A DNA stretch of 62,420 nt, counting the filler, from Sphacelaria rigidula (taxonomy: Eukaryota), in NCBI GenBank assembly GCA_964200075.2. It is 4 parts of 4 records of this genome, joined end to end, with 100 filler letters (N's around TTAATTAATTAA, not from the genome) between each part and the next. Parts side by side here need not be neighbours in the genome. Positions count along the whole stretch, not along the records: positions 1 to 15,533 come from CAXNAA020001708.1; positions 15,634 to 31,163 come from CAXNAA020001709.1; 2 more parts are not named here. One strand, written 5' to 3'. Shown one piece after another: positions 12,752 to 23,710 of the stretch. The translations under genes and the position numbers were made by a program. Within the stretch, counting starts at the first letter, position 1, and each line of letters starts with the position of its first letter. The notes under the pieces are model-generated. The model saw only the letters and a list, made by a program, of their open reading frames with translations. It searched no databases and was not told the DNA's origin.

Positions 12752-15260
12752 ATGAACGCCGATGAACGTTACGACGGAGCGGTGGACGGAAATAACCAAC
12801 AACCGCGCGGAAGGCCGCCGATTTCAGTCCCCGCATTGTTCACGTTGTCAGCATATGACCTGGCCTATGTTGTGAACAATGCTACGCTGCGTTGTGGGTG
12901 TTCCAGTCATGGATACAACACGAATATTCGGGGATCATCACGGCGCTTGTTAAACATTGCTGAGGCTTGGAGCGAGGAGGGTATCATTCCCGATGCCGCA
13001 GCACCTATACTGCTGTGTCCCGCCAGCAATAATTTCGGAACTCCGAGGAGTTTCCTAGAGGCTTTCATTCGGCACACCAGAGATCGCCTCCAGGAAAGCG
13101 GCGCAAACAGAGACAGAGAGGTAAGAATTTCTGTTTGAGAAAGAAGGCCAAGGTGAATACGTGAGGCGTTTATGTTTCACGAGCGCCGTTATTTGAAGTA
13201 TATCGGCTCTGGTTTGCCGAACCACTGAATCTCCAGCATCGACTTGCGCGCAATATTTTTCTCGCATTATCGATCCTGCTGCCGCAGCACTATCCGGGGG
13301 TGGGGGGGGGCTTGTTCGTACAAAATAGAGAGTAAAGTCCCCATTGAAGAAGAAACGGTTGGTCGAACGAGCGTTTCACTGATAAGCGACGCTTACTCAT
13401 ACTGGTTGCCTCCGTCTAGAAACAGAGATAAGGTCATGACTGCGGCTGAGCAATTTCTCCTGAATTGCGTTTGGTCCCATGTTCCACCGCAACTCGCAGT
13501 TATTATCGTCAAATTAGTTCTGTCGCAAATGGATGTCAGCAACAACGGCACGTGCATCGCCGATCATTGAAATACGCAAATGCTGCCTGTCATGTGTGCA
13601 TCATCACTCAGGGGGGATCAAACGCCCGGGCACTGCTGACCTACAACCGCAAAGTCACGGAACTTTTGAGAAGCAATGTCATAACATGGGAAGCAGCCCT
13701 GAGATGCACGATGTGGGTAAGCATCCGTCAGTGTGAATGGTTGCGAGTCCGAACTTGATTACGTCGTTCTTTGCACACAGTTTGCGAAAATGTGACCACA
13801 TGCAACACAGGGAGGCGGGAACGACGACCGTACGAGACGTGATGATGCTGTCATGCCGGAATGTGTGAGAAAAAACTATACACTGGCCGCACAGGACAAA
13901 TGGCACCGTTCAGGGCGTGGCGGTGGCATTGACCCGGGTCCATTTGTTTCACGCGCGGTCCTACTGTGTCGTCAATACAGGGTAGCGAGAGTTTCGGACG
14001 TCCGCCTAAGTCATTTATGGAGGACAAGCCATGCCTCATTTCTATCCAAGGCCAAACAAGGAGCGCATTGTTCATGATGGTATACAGCGTGGATCTGAAC
14101 CTCCCGCTACACTGTACTGGCGTTCTTGAGGGAGCGCCATCGCCCAGCACTGGAGGTACGAAACTATGATGAAAAAGTAGTACATCACTAGCTAGCGCTA
14201 GTACTTCCTCTGTGTTTGTGGCAAATACCGGAAACCACAACAGTAGCCCTATCCCGGATAAGTTGCTGGATGTCAGAAGGAGATTTCAAAACCAGTACAC
14301 ATCTGTTTTTGGTCGAGAAAACTGGCTGATCTGGATGACGGCGGCAGTACAAAGATAAGCAGAGACAACATGGATCGTTGAACGTAATGAATAACCACCC
14401 GCATTTAGCTCAAACCGGGTACCCATACATAGAGCTTCATGACCGTCATCGTGGGTGCCTGCACGATCGCCGCCATCCATTTATGTTCATCTCGCGAAAA
14501 CAGAGTTGGAAGGATTGCGAGAGGAGATGAACGCTACCTCAGGAGACCAGCAGCCAGGGATTTCCGTGAGGGTATATAATTCTATGTCCCACGAGGAAGC
14601 GAGAGCGGTAGGGCACGTGCAACATGCTGCGGAGGAACCGTCAAAGGCGAGTGGGAAAAGACACGTGTATGCTGAGAAATGACGTTGCACCGCAGATCGG
14701 ATATGTCCACGGAACAACAATTTACGTTGTGCAATTTACATGTGTGTTGGTTTCCCAGCCGTAAATTATTTTTTATTGTGATATTGTAAAGATAGATTTT
14801 TGATGGACGCAATACTGTTGAGATGTTTCCCCCTGCGTTGGAGGAGTATCGTGCCCTCGCGCCACAAGTAACGTGATTGTACTGTACGTACGCCTCAGGC
14901 CACGATTTGGTATGTCCCAAAGCACGCAGGCAACAGAACGGGCGGTTTGTGACGACAAAGCCAGAGACTAACGTCATCGCAATAACAGCAAATACCACGT
15001 CTATGCAATCAGCAATAGCATTCCGACTGGTGAAGATCCCCCGACACCCACCCAGATTTCTCATATTCGAATCTTCCAATCTACGATGCGGTGGGGCATA
15101 TGACCAGCCGTACCCATGACATCGGTCAATCCTAACAGTGGCATCAACCGTTGTCCGCAATACAAGGAATCCCAAGGAGTACCTTATATTCTCGATCGGT
15201 TTCAAAACCGACGATCGACGATTGTCGTGGTGCATATCCGTTTCGAAGAAGGGTTAACAT
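12752..15260 (+). pseudogene. Multi-exon gene or pseudogene of unknown function
   Basis: Plus-strand protein-like blocks (12752-13120, ~13570-13716, ~13980-14155, ~14455-14660, ~14880-15255); the first three end at donor-like GTAAG (13121, 13717) or GTACG (14156). Internal stops. No family recognised. Confidence 0.35.
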
Positions 15261-15283
15261 CTATGACATACAAAGGCCGATTC

Positions 15284-15533
15284 GACACTTTCCACGATAG
15301 CCCCCCCCCAAACAGTGCATGGTTTTGGGAGGCAAAATCTTCACGTGAACCGAAATGGGAAAAGCTGAGCACAACGAGAAGCTGGGAATTTCCGCGCTTG
15401 GGTTCGTTCTAGCCAATGTCGCCAATATGAGGCGCTTCATGTAGCCTGAACCCGAACATCAGGCGCTGTATGGCCACTTTTTTCGTGACACTCATAGCTG
15501 GTTTTGGGGGGGGGGGGCTATCGTAAAAAGTGT
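15284..15533 (+). mobile_element. MITE family B (GAC termini), truncated at the contig end
   Basis: TIRs GACACTTTCCACGATAGCCCCCCCC / GGGGGGGCTATCGTAAAAAGTGT. The body matches 60302-60570 (GAGGCAAAATCT, ACGAGAAGCTGGGAATTT, GCCAATGTCGCC). Confidence 0.85.
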
Positions 15534-15633
15534 NNNNNNNNNNNNNNNNNNNNNNNNNNNNNNNNNNNNNNNNNNNNTTAATTAATTAANNNNNNNNNNN
15601 NNNNNNNNNNNNNNNNNNNNNNNNNNNNNNNNN
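15534..15633. other. Artificial contig spacer N44-TTAATTAATTAA-N44
   Basis: Identical 100-nt spacer occurs three times; the 12-mer gives stops in all six frames. Confidence 0.98.
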
Positions 15634-15759
15634 TCTTAAACAAATAACCTTTTCAAAACGCCACCTCGATATGCTGCCCGCGATACACCCCCCCCCCCCC
15701 CCCCCCCCACGAAAAGTGCCCAAAAATCACTTTGAAAAATTGATTTTGTGACACGGACT

Positions 15760-15875
15760 GGTCGTCCCGGTGGCTCAGGTGGTAACTTCGAAACCTTCCG
15801 ACGGTTGGGTCGTGGGATAAAATCTCGGAGCGATCTGGGATTTTTCTCACACAATGCCCAACCGTCCAGTTATGG
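15760..15875 (+). repeat. Dispersed repeat containing a ~75-nt hairpin
   Basis: GACGGTTGGG...CCCAACCGTC plus inner GTGGGATAAAATCTC/GGGATTTTTCTCAC pairing. The 5' part matches the reverse complement of 60208-60250. Confidence 0.6.
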
Positions 15876-16749
15876 GTGGGAGTGGGGGCCAATTTTGGGT
15901 TCTATATTCATGGAAAGTGCAAGCTGAACGCTACATGCGTAAGAAGTGGTCCGTAATCCAACGAGTCATATCAATGGAAAATACACGCGTCACCTACAAA
16001 TGACGATTTGTCTCATGAGAAATAATCTATATGTCTATATATTGATTCAAGCCTGGGATTCATCAGTCTTGAGCTGATTTTGTTCCTCCGGAAAGCTCGC
16101 TCCACATCAGTAGATGGACAATCTTGTTGCCCTAGCTAATAGTGTCCTGCTTCTGTCTGTACCACTCGGGAAGCACACGCCCGCAAGCCGCCACCCCACG
16201 TTTACCGTCATTACGAAGGTAAAAAAAACAAGAGCACGAACAGTAGCTGTTGTGGCCGCTACACACCAACGTAACTGCAGTGGAAGGCGTGCCTGACATA
16301 GTGCTAGAACGAGAAAGTACGGAAATTTGGAGATAATGAGCAGCAGCGTCGCGCATCCGAAAACTACTGAGAACGATGCTGATGATGTTGACGATCAAGA
16401 TTTTCACGCGGTGCGGATTGGCTACGCGCTGCATGTCCTGCACACAGCTATGATTGCGGCATTGGAGAGTGGATTTCTCATGGGCCCCATGGGGTCAGGG
16501 TCATGGCGTGAGTCGAAGGAATTCCATCTTGTCAGTCGCTTGAGCACGGTCTGGTTCTCTCTGTCCAGATCAACATCTTCAACGTCAATTTTCCCCCTAT
16601 TTTCAGTATGTACAGGCTGTCACTTGGAACATTGTGGCTCTGCTGACCTAGGCATACATGGTGCGCAGTCTGAAATCAAAATCACTTTTCGCGCCTTGGC
16701 TTCTCCCCTGGAACCCTCAGACACAACAGCCGAAGTTCATGTGTGACCT

Positions 16750-17226
16750 CGCTCTCTGCAACTCAATACATGAAGGGTACTCGCTGTTGAAAGGCGAATT
16801 TGCCCTTTGTGCACAGCCGTACAGAACAAAGCAGCACCTGGTGGCACGCCACAAAGTCAAATGCCATCCGTCACACACTGCTGGCCGCAACAAAAAAAAC
16901 ACGCAGCCCAAAACGAACCTTGTCGAACATCGCATAGATTGCATCTCATTCTGATACTATTAATAGTATATACAGACAGTTACTAAATACATAACCGCGG
17001 TCGCCAGCAGATGTAACGCACATACTCGTACTAAGATCGCTCTCGACGCCTTGACTTCTGCATTGGAGCCCTGACATGAAGCAGCCGCCAGCTTTGTCTT
17101 TCTTCCGTCAACTCTCCCTCTGTAATTCGACGCTTGCAAAGGATACTCGCCGTTGAAAGGTGAATTCGTCCTTTGTGCACAGTCGCTCAGAGGAAAGTAG
17201 CGCCTGGGGGCACGCAACCAAAGTGC
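16750..17226 (+). repeat. Two diverged ~105-bp direct repeats (~16750-16857 and ~17117-17226)
   Basis: Shared core TACTCGC.GTTGAAAGG.GAATT.G.CCTTTGTGCACAG...CCTGG.GGCACGC. Confidence 0.75.
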
Positions 17227-18519
17227 ATGTTGTCACCACTTGCTTCCGGAAGGAAAAGTAGTATGCGCACCGACCTCGAAAGACGCTACTTATCCTCAAG
17301 TCAAAAGTGCCGATCGCGCAACGCTTACAACTCGACACCGAAGCGGGGGATTGGACTGCGGTTTCTTGCGTGCGCTTCCCACACACCCAAGCTATGTCGC
17401 CTAGTTTGGTTTTCGCGTTCGAGCGCGATGCTGACTCGCAAATAACCCAAAAATACTAAAATAAGGTGTTTTTTGCTCTGGGAGAGGATTTTCGGGACGC
17501 TGACGCTACGCCAGCAAAATATCAAACTAAGTCCCCTAGATCTTGTGTGTATGCGGGGGGCTGTCAAGTGCTGTGGACCGGCTTGCTTCCTGTGTCGAGA
17601 ACCGCGCGATCTCCGGTGCTACAGGTTTGCTATACTAGACAAAGTGAGTAAGTGATGAAGCATGTGTTGTGTCCGTGAGGGCCTCGGCACAGGTCCGACC
17701 ACCTACTGACGTATTCATGATTACTCCGCGTTATCTTTTATTTTAAATCTTGTGCCGGGTTTTGGGCGTTAGGGTCCCCGTTCCTACCCATACCAGTGGA
17801 GAGCAACTATGTCGTGGGTACTCAACAATCGACTCGATGGTCGACGAGAGAAAGGGACTCCTGAACCCCTCTCGCGATTAAAAAAAAAGGCAAGCACCGC
17901 GAAAGGAAGATGGAGAAGTAAAACAAACACAAAGAAAGCACTCCCGTGTTGGCCTTCCTCCCGCGTGATTCCGGCTGGCATGCCCACATATACCAAAAGG
18001 TGTAGACCGAGGTCCAGAACAGAAGGGACGACAACACCTCAAGCGGAAACATAAAACGTCCCGTTGACAGGGACATATCCGAAGTCTTGACGGACAAGTC
18101 AACACGATCAAACGTGAGCCTGAGGATCGCATTGCCCTCGCAAGCCAAAACACACCGCTCCATTCGTTGCTGCTCAAAGAGCGGAGCATGCTCTGCGTGA
18201 CCTCGCTCAAACCGGGTTCAGAATTCAATTAGAAATGATTATTTGGGTGATGACGCGCGCACAGCACACGCTCACAAACAGGCAGCAACGGCACGTTTTC
18301 GGTTGTATTTGACACGCACGCGGCCGCCTCTCATTCAATACTGGACGGATTTAAGGCCAACAAAGACTGCCGTGTGTAGATTAGTGAGAGCTAACGCTTT
18401 AGCGAATGCGCGTGTTTGAGATACCTCTAGTATGACCATGAAAAATCCCCCTCTTCCGGGTATATACCGCACAAAACGCAGCAATTAAAGTTCAAATTTG
18501 TTGACTGAGTTTGTTGGAC

Positions 18520-18653
18520 GAAAGTTGACGCGGTGTGGGAGTGCTGATGGTCATGATCCAATCCGCGAGACCAAAATGCAAGGCGTGTACCGGGCGGGGA
18601 GAGATGGGTTGATCCCTCGAGACCACGGACTCTTCCCGAGGAAGGAGAGGGGT

Positions 18654-18713
<60 letters not shown>

Positions 18714-20065
18714 CCGTCACATTCAAAGGGCGTAAAAAAGATGAAAACTCGGTAGCCGAGCCTCTGCACGCAAGAATCGGACATCGTACGGAGATCGGAC
18801 AGGAGATTGCAACACATCGTCGTATTTTTGGACGAGTCCAGGGGCCCTGTCAAATGCAGGCCAGGAGTCACAGCCCCCCAATTTGAGGAAAACTCAGGTA
18901 TTTGAGATCCTTGGAACCCAGCACGAAAAGGGTACAATTCCCGTCGGGTTGGCGTACAGTAGTAGAACGTTCAGGTATATAGGTAGATTGGTGAGAAATT
19001 ACGGCGGAACTGAGGTACTTTTCCACTGGCCGGATGGCAGGTATTCCGGGTTTTCGTTTCGAAGTAGCGGCGTCAGGGGAAGAACCTGAAGAACGTTCCC
19101 AGAGTGACGATCAAACTCGGGGAAACCACACCCCATGGAGATCAGTGCCAAGAAGGATAGCCATGTACTGTAACCAGCCCTGGAGTGAAGGAAATACGGT
19201 AGCAGGGTTTGGCCATTACACCCGCCGTAGACTGTCATCCATATGCGAGATATTTAGTACACGCATCGGGCAGAACAATCTTAACAGGGTGCAGGTCTCC
19301 CCTGATGCGACTCGCCGAACACATGACGGCCCTTCGCGCTTGGTGATCGATTGCGAGCCTGGTCCGGCGGAAACCCTTGCGTGCTCCGTCCCGACTTTGT
19401 AGGGATTCGAGGTCTGTGGTCATATGACCACGGCATGCAAGATTATGAGCACACCTCCCTCCTTGATATTTATCGTAAAAAGCATGTTTTCCTATGCCTA
19501 CGTCGCGCCTTCGTTGTCGTGCCGACCACAAGAACCATGACATCATTTTGTTCTCTTTACTATTCTTGTAAGTACCAGGGTGTCGTCCCTGCCTCAACAT
19601 GCCTTCACGATATGCGGCAATCGATCGCCCTCCCGCATGCTTCGTGGACCGTTCTCGTGAACTGGATGTTTCCTCACCTCGACGGCACCTTCCATTTTCC
19701 GTCACGAGAGTGTCGTCATGCTCCGAAGATGATACAGACCATAGGTCTCCCCCCCCCCCCCCCCTCCAGTCAGTTCTCCTCATCACCGGTGACTAGGGCT
19801 ACACGCACATCACACTCGAGAACGAGCCTACAACGTCGCCCAGGAGGTCACTCCACCATGACCCACGAGGTGACCACCCCCACAACTCGGGGTAATAAAT
19901 ATCAAGGTTCCCGTATGATATGTTGTCGGGCTCTCGTTCAACCCCTCCCCTTCCTCGAAACGAGTCCATGTCTCAAGGGGTCAACCCATCTTTTCCCCCG
20001 GGACACGCCTTGAAATTTGGTGCGAATCACAGATTGGATCGTGACTCCCGCACGGCGTCGACACT
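18520..20065. repeat. Pair of diverged ~130-bp inverted repeats (~18520-18655 and ~19938-20065)
   Basis: The reverse complement of the left arm (AACCCCTCTCCTTCCTCG..TCAACCCATCT..ACACGCCTTG..GATTGGATC) aligns with the right arm. Confidence 0.7.
18656..19330 (-). mobile_element. Probable non-LTR retroposon 3' fragment with a (TAA)n tail
   Basis: (TTA)n at 18656-18711 abuts minus-strand TTTGAATGTGACGGA; the same TTTGAATGTGA motif precedes the (CAA)n tail at 61570. The 5' boundary is a guess. Confidence 0.5.
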
Positions 20066-21444
20066 TATGATATACACTCCAATTTTTTGCCGCTCACGTT
20101 GTCGTGTCTCCTGACTGATGCCGGGAATGGCGGCATCACTCTTCTGAGAACAAGAAACCGAGTAACATGTTCAGCATGTGCCGGGAACCGAGATCCGCAT
20201 TTCTCGACCTCATTTATTTTTTCTCATTCTACTCCCCCATGATACAGGTATGAACCGTTCCCGTGCTTTCTTACTTGCTATTGGTAGTTTCCGCATGGTG
20301 CTTTCGGGTGCGCTCCACCTCGCCGCCGCTTCAATATCAGCCCTCGAACAAATGCATAAATTAGGCGGTCCGGTGTATGGGTAGCGACCAAGGCACGGGG
20401 TATCCCCCCCCTACCACCACCCAGGTAGTCGCGGACCCGGATGATGAATCATCCAAGCTTGTGTGTGTGTGTTCCTTGAGGGGAGGAGGAAATCTGACCC
20501 AACATTTACCCCGCGAGCGGGTTCGTGCGCCGATTACCCGGAGACTCCGCTAGACCACCGTGTGGCGATCACATGGAGTAGGCACCTCGAGCGCTCGGAA
20601 AGCGTTGCTCAAGACGCAGTGTGGGGGCTTGAACCCACTAAAATTCCTGGTTGCGTTCCCCAGGTATATACCCGAAACTGAAAGAGCGTTTACTTTGTGT
20701 GCGAAGCCATACCGAAAGGGGTACCGGACATTCTGATATGGTCCGGCAGGGGTATCGAGCCCTGGTCCGAACAATCTGGTATGCTTTCGAAAGGTATTTC
20801 ATTTACAGTACAGTACCGAAAAAAGCAGAATACCTCGTTTGCACTTGTTCAACATACCCCGATTCTTCACCCGGTATGCGCCTACAGAACATAACCTTGG
20901 TATTATTTCTCACTGAACAAACCTCGTTGCGGTGTCGCCCACCTCGACTCCATACACGAGTCACCCTACCCACCTGGACGTTGGTGCTCATTTCTCGGCC
21001 TCATGGTGACTAGTTGTAGCATTACGGCGACCACCACTTCGAGCTTGGTGTCCACGTGCGACTGGGACGTACATACTTCATAAGAGTCTAATTCGTCGAT
21101 TATTTTAAAATAAAATCACCACACCCCGGACAACAGGTTACACTGTCAATGTTTACTGCGTACAATGTGGAGTCTTTGTTTATATTATTGCAGTAGATGC
21201 AATAATCGATACTGTACGCAGCACACTGTATGACGTTGTGATCTATTTGTCATTGTCCAGGGTATGGTCCAGTAATCACCCCAAAAATTGGAGCTTTCTG
21301 TGCGAACTCGTGATCTTGCTTTGTATGCAAGGACAGATGGGAAGAGATGGAGAGGAACGGGTGCGTATGCTCTCGTACGGCAAAAGAACTCACGTTTTTG
21401 TGTTTTGTTCGTGCCGCGCACAGAGCGATGAAAAATTCCCAAAT

Positions 21445-21476
21445 GTACAGTACAGTACAGTACAATACAGTACAAT
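21445..21476 (+). repeat. (TACAG)n microsatellite
   Basis: TACAGTACAGTACAGTACAATACAGTACAA seen directly. Confidence 0.8.
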
Positions 21477-21772
21477 ATTGTACGGTAAATGACAGCAGAT
21501 TGAGATCTGCAAAGATACTGAGCATTAGTTTTTAGGCGTTATTTGCACAGAAGTCCAAGAGTCGGATGGGTCATGGCTGGTTCCAATCGTAAAATCTATG
21601 ATTTCTGAGGTCTGAGGGCTCGAAAGAGACAAACAACGTCGACGGCGGTTCAAAAACGCCTCTGCACATTTGTTTTTGCGTTATTTCACGTGCCTGGCTG
21701 GGGTGCAACGCTGACAGCAACGCGTAAGGGATTGATTCGTACGGCACGAATCAATCATGCTAAATGTAAAAA

Positions 21773-22257
21773 CGTGATTCCTCGACAGACACTTGTGTGA
21801 GAGTGTTCCCTTCCACGTGGTGGTTCCCACATCACCTTCCCCCCCGCCCCTCCTTTTATGATCGTCTTCTTTCCTTCTTCTGACGAGAAGAGGCTGGTAG
21901 GAGTATCCGATTTCGCCGGCTAGCGGTGAGGATGTACACCAATTTTTCACATGTCTTTCTACGTGTGTTGAGTCCCCAAGCCAACAATCTCCACAGTTGA
22001 CTTGAAGACTGTCCCGTGAGTCTCTGCACTCTCCTTCGAAGTCATGCACCAGTCGTGTGGTTCTCCACCATTTTCACGACTATCTTGTCCCGACTTACCT
22101 CAAAATCGTTTTTTTTTGTTGGAGCCGGGAGTCGAACCCGGTACCTTCAGTTTTATGAGGCGCAGGAGCTACTTCACTGGTGTTGCCGATATGAAAATGT
22201 GATTCCTCCCTGAACACTTGTGTAGAATTTTCCCCCTTTTATGTGGTGGTTCCCACA
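21773..22257 (-). mobile_element. TRIM-like or SINE-like unit: ~60-bp direct repeats around a tRNA-like core and a purine tract
   Basis: Repeats at 21773-21831 and 22198-22257; on the minus strand the latter reads TGTGGGAACCACCAC...GGAATCACA (the former ends ...GGAATCACG). The purine run AAAAGGAGGGGCGGGGGGGAAGG precedes the downstream repeat. Confidence 0.45.
22117..22190 (-). pseudogene. Decayed tRNA-Met(CAT)-like sequence (pseudogene or SINE head)
   Basis: Perfect T-arm CCGGG-TTCGACT-CCCGG (22125-22141) and anticodon loop CTCATAA followed by ACTGAAGGT, as in elongator tRNA-Met. Acceptor and anticodon stems no longer pair. Confidence 0.55.
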
Positions 22258-22527
22258 TAGAAAGCAAGTTTTTTTTCAGGCGAATTGATTGTTCTTCGTT
22301 CGACTCTTGCACAAGTCACGCGGAAGATGTGTAGAGGTGGTATGTACCATTATCGCTCTAGAAGGTAGGCTGTTCCGTGTCGAAAAAGCACAGAGCAGGC
22401 AAAGCAGCTTGCTTGTGCCGAGTGCGCCGACGCGACGGCGCAAACCATGCTGTTACAGTATCTCGGGGTGGAAAAAATCTTCATTTGTTTTATCGTGGCA
22501 CATTAAACGATACTCCGTGAGACTCAG

Positions 22528-22592
22528 CGGTGGTCATTGTCCACAAGATGGACGTAGAGAATCCGGTGGTCATTATCCACAGGATGGACGTG
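22528..22592 (+). repeat. 36-bp-period tandem duplication
   Basis: CGGTGGTCATT(G/A)TCCACA(A/G)GATGGACGT occurs twice. Confidence 0.8.
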
Positions 22593-23710
22593 CAGTACCC
22601 AAGGTGAACAAGACATGAATACTCGCTAAAAAAAGGAAAGGTTTGGGGGTTGGGGGAAGTAAAACAAACGAAGGAGATCTGACAGAAAAATAATAGAAGC
22701 AATGACAAAAGAGAAGAAGAAAATAAGAAAATAGTAGGCAGAAGCTAGCAGGAAGGGAAGGGGAGGGAAGGGGAAACGGAGGGAAAGGAAGAGAGCTTAG
22801 AACTCCTAGAAAATAAACAAAAAACAAAAGTGATGAAGTAAAATTGATTAACAACGAAGTAAGACTAGAAATGGCCGGCCCCTGCAGCACGGCTTCAAGT
22901 GAAGAAGGCCGTGCGCATAAAGCGCGTGTACCCGTACACAAAACAAGTACACAAGGCCGTGTGAGGGAATTGCGGGGGCTCGGCTATTTCGGACCATACT
23001 CTTTGGGTATGAGCTCTCCCCCATGATTCCTACGGAGGCAAGGCAACAAGCTGCCTCTGTATGTAAAGTTATATATGCTTATACCCGAAACACGAAGCAA
23101 GCACGAAGCATGATCAGCCCCACCTAGTTGTTTTGTTCGAAATAGGGAAGGGGGGGGGGGGGGGGCACTGTATGTCGATTGATCTCTCGTCTAATATCAC
23201 ACGTCGGACCGCTCATAAGCTATCTAAATATTACGCCTTACTGCTGCACTAATCATGAGCCCATATTAGCTCCCTACAGCGCGCAACGCTGAGGACACGG
23301 AGTAGCGCAGAGGTTGCGCTTTGGCTTCTCTGACCCCGCGGTCAACATGCTTTATGGTTTTGGACCAACGGGTCCGAGAATCTTCTTTGGCTGTTAATGT
23401 TTATTTCAAGTAGTTCGTGAGCTGTCCGACGTGTAAAAATTGTGCAGTCATTTGTTTTTTTCGTCTGTTCCCCGGGTGTCTACGACGTAGCGGCCAAACG
23501 CTCTCATCCCATCCACCCGAACCAGTACCCCCCCCTCCCCCTCTCCTCCCTGGGCACAAGGTCGATAGAGGCCAATGGTCTTGTGACTACGGCATGCAAG
23601 ATCATGAGTACACCCCCTTCTGGGCACACAAGCAGCAATCCAGTGCACTACTCACTCGTGCTTTTTTGTGCTCGGTGTATGTGTATGTATGTGCCGGGTA
23701 ATTAAATGCA

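Noticed and set aside
15578-15589. TTAATTAATTAA as a biological motif or piggyBac TSD
   Set aside because: It is identical in all three gaps and centred in N runs: a synthetic six-frame-stop linker.
16294-16750. ORF 16327-16746 as a gene
   Set aside because: No recognisable motif or supported exon structure.
18427-18937. ORFs with poly-Ile/Leu/Asn runs (also poly-Cys/Asn/Val/Thr at 31444-31939 and 61371-61802)
   Set aside because: They are translations of microsatellites.
22117-22190. Functional tRNA-Met gene
   Set aside because: Only the T-arm pairs; the acceptor and anticodon stems are disrupted.
22620-22860. Hydrophobic ORF 22573-22941 as a membrane protein
   Set aside because: It is the reverse translation of a purine-rich low-complexity tract.
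19400-23620. Shared ~55-bp motif (..ACGGCATGCAAGAT.ATGAG.ACACC) at ~19405-19460 and ~23567-23617
   Set aside because: Short dispersed repeat fragments with no definable ends or TSD; not evidence of an LTR pair.
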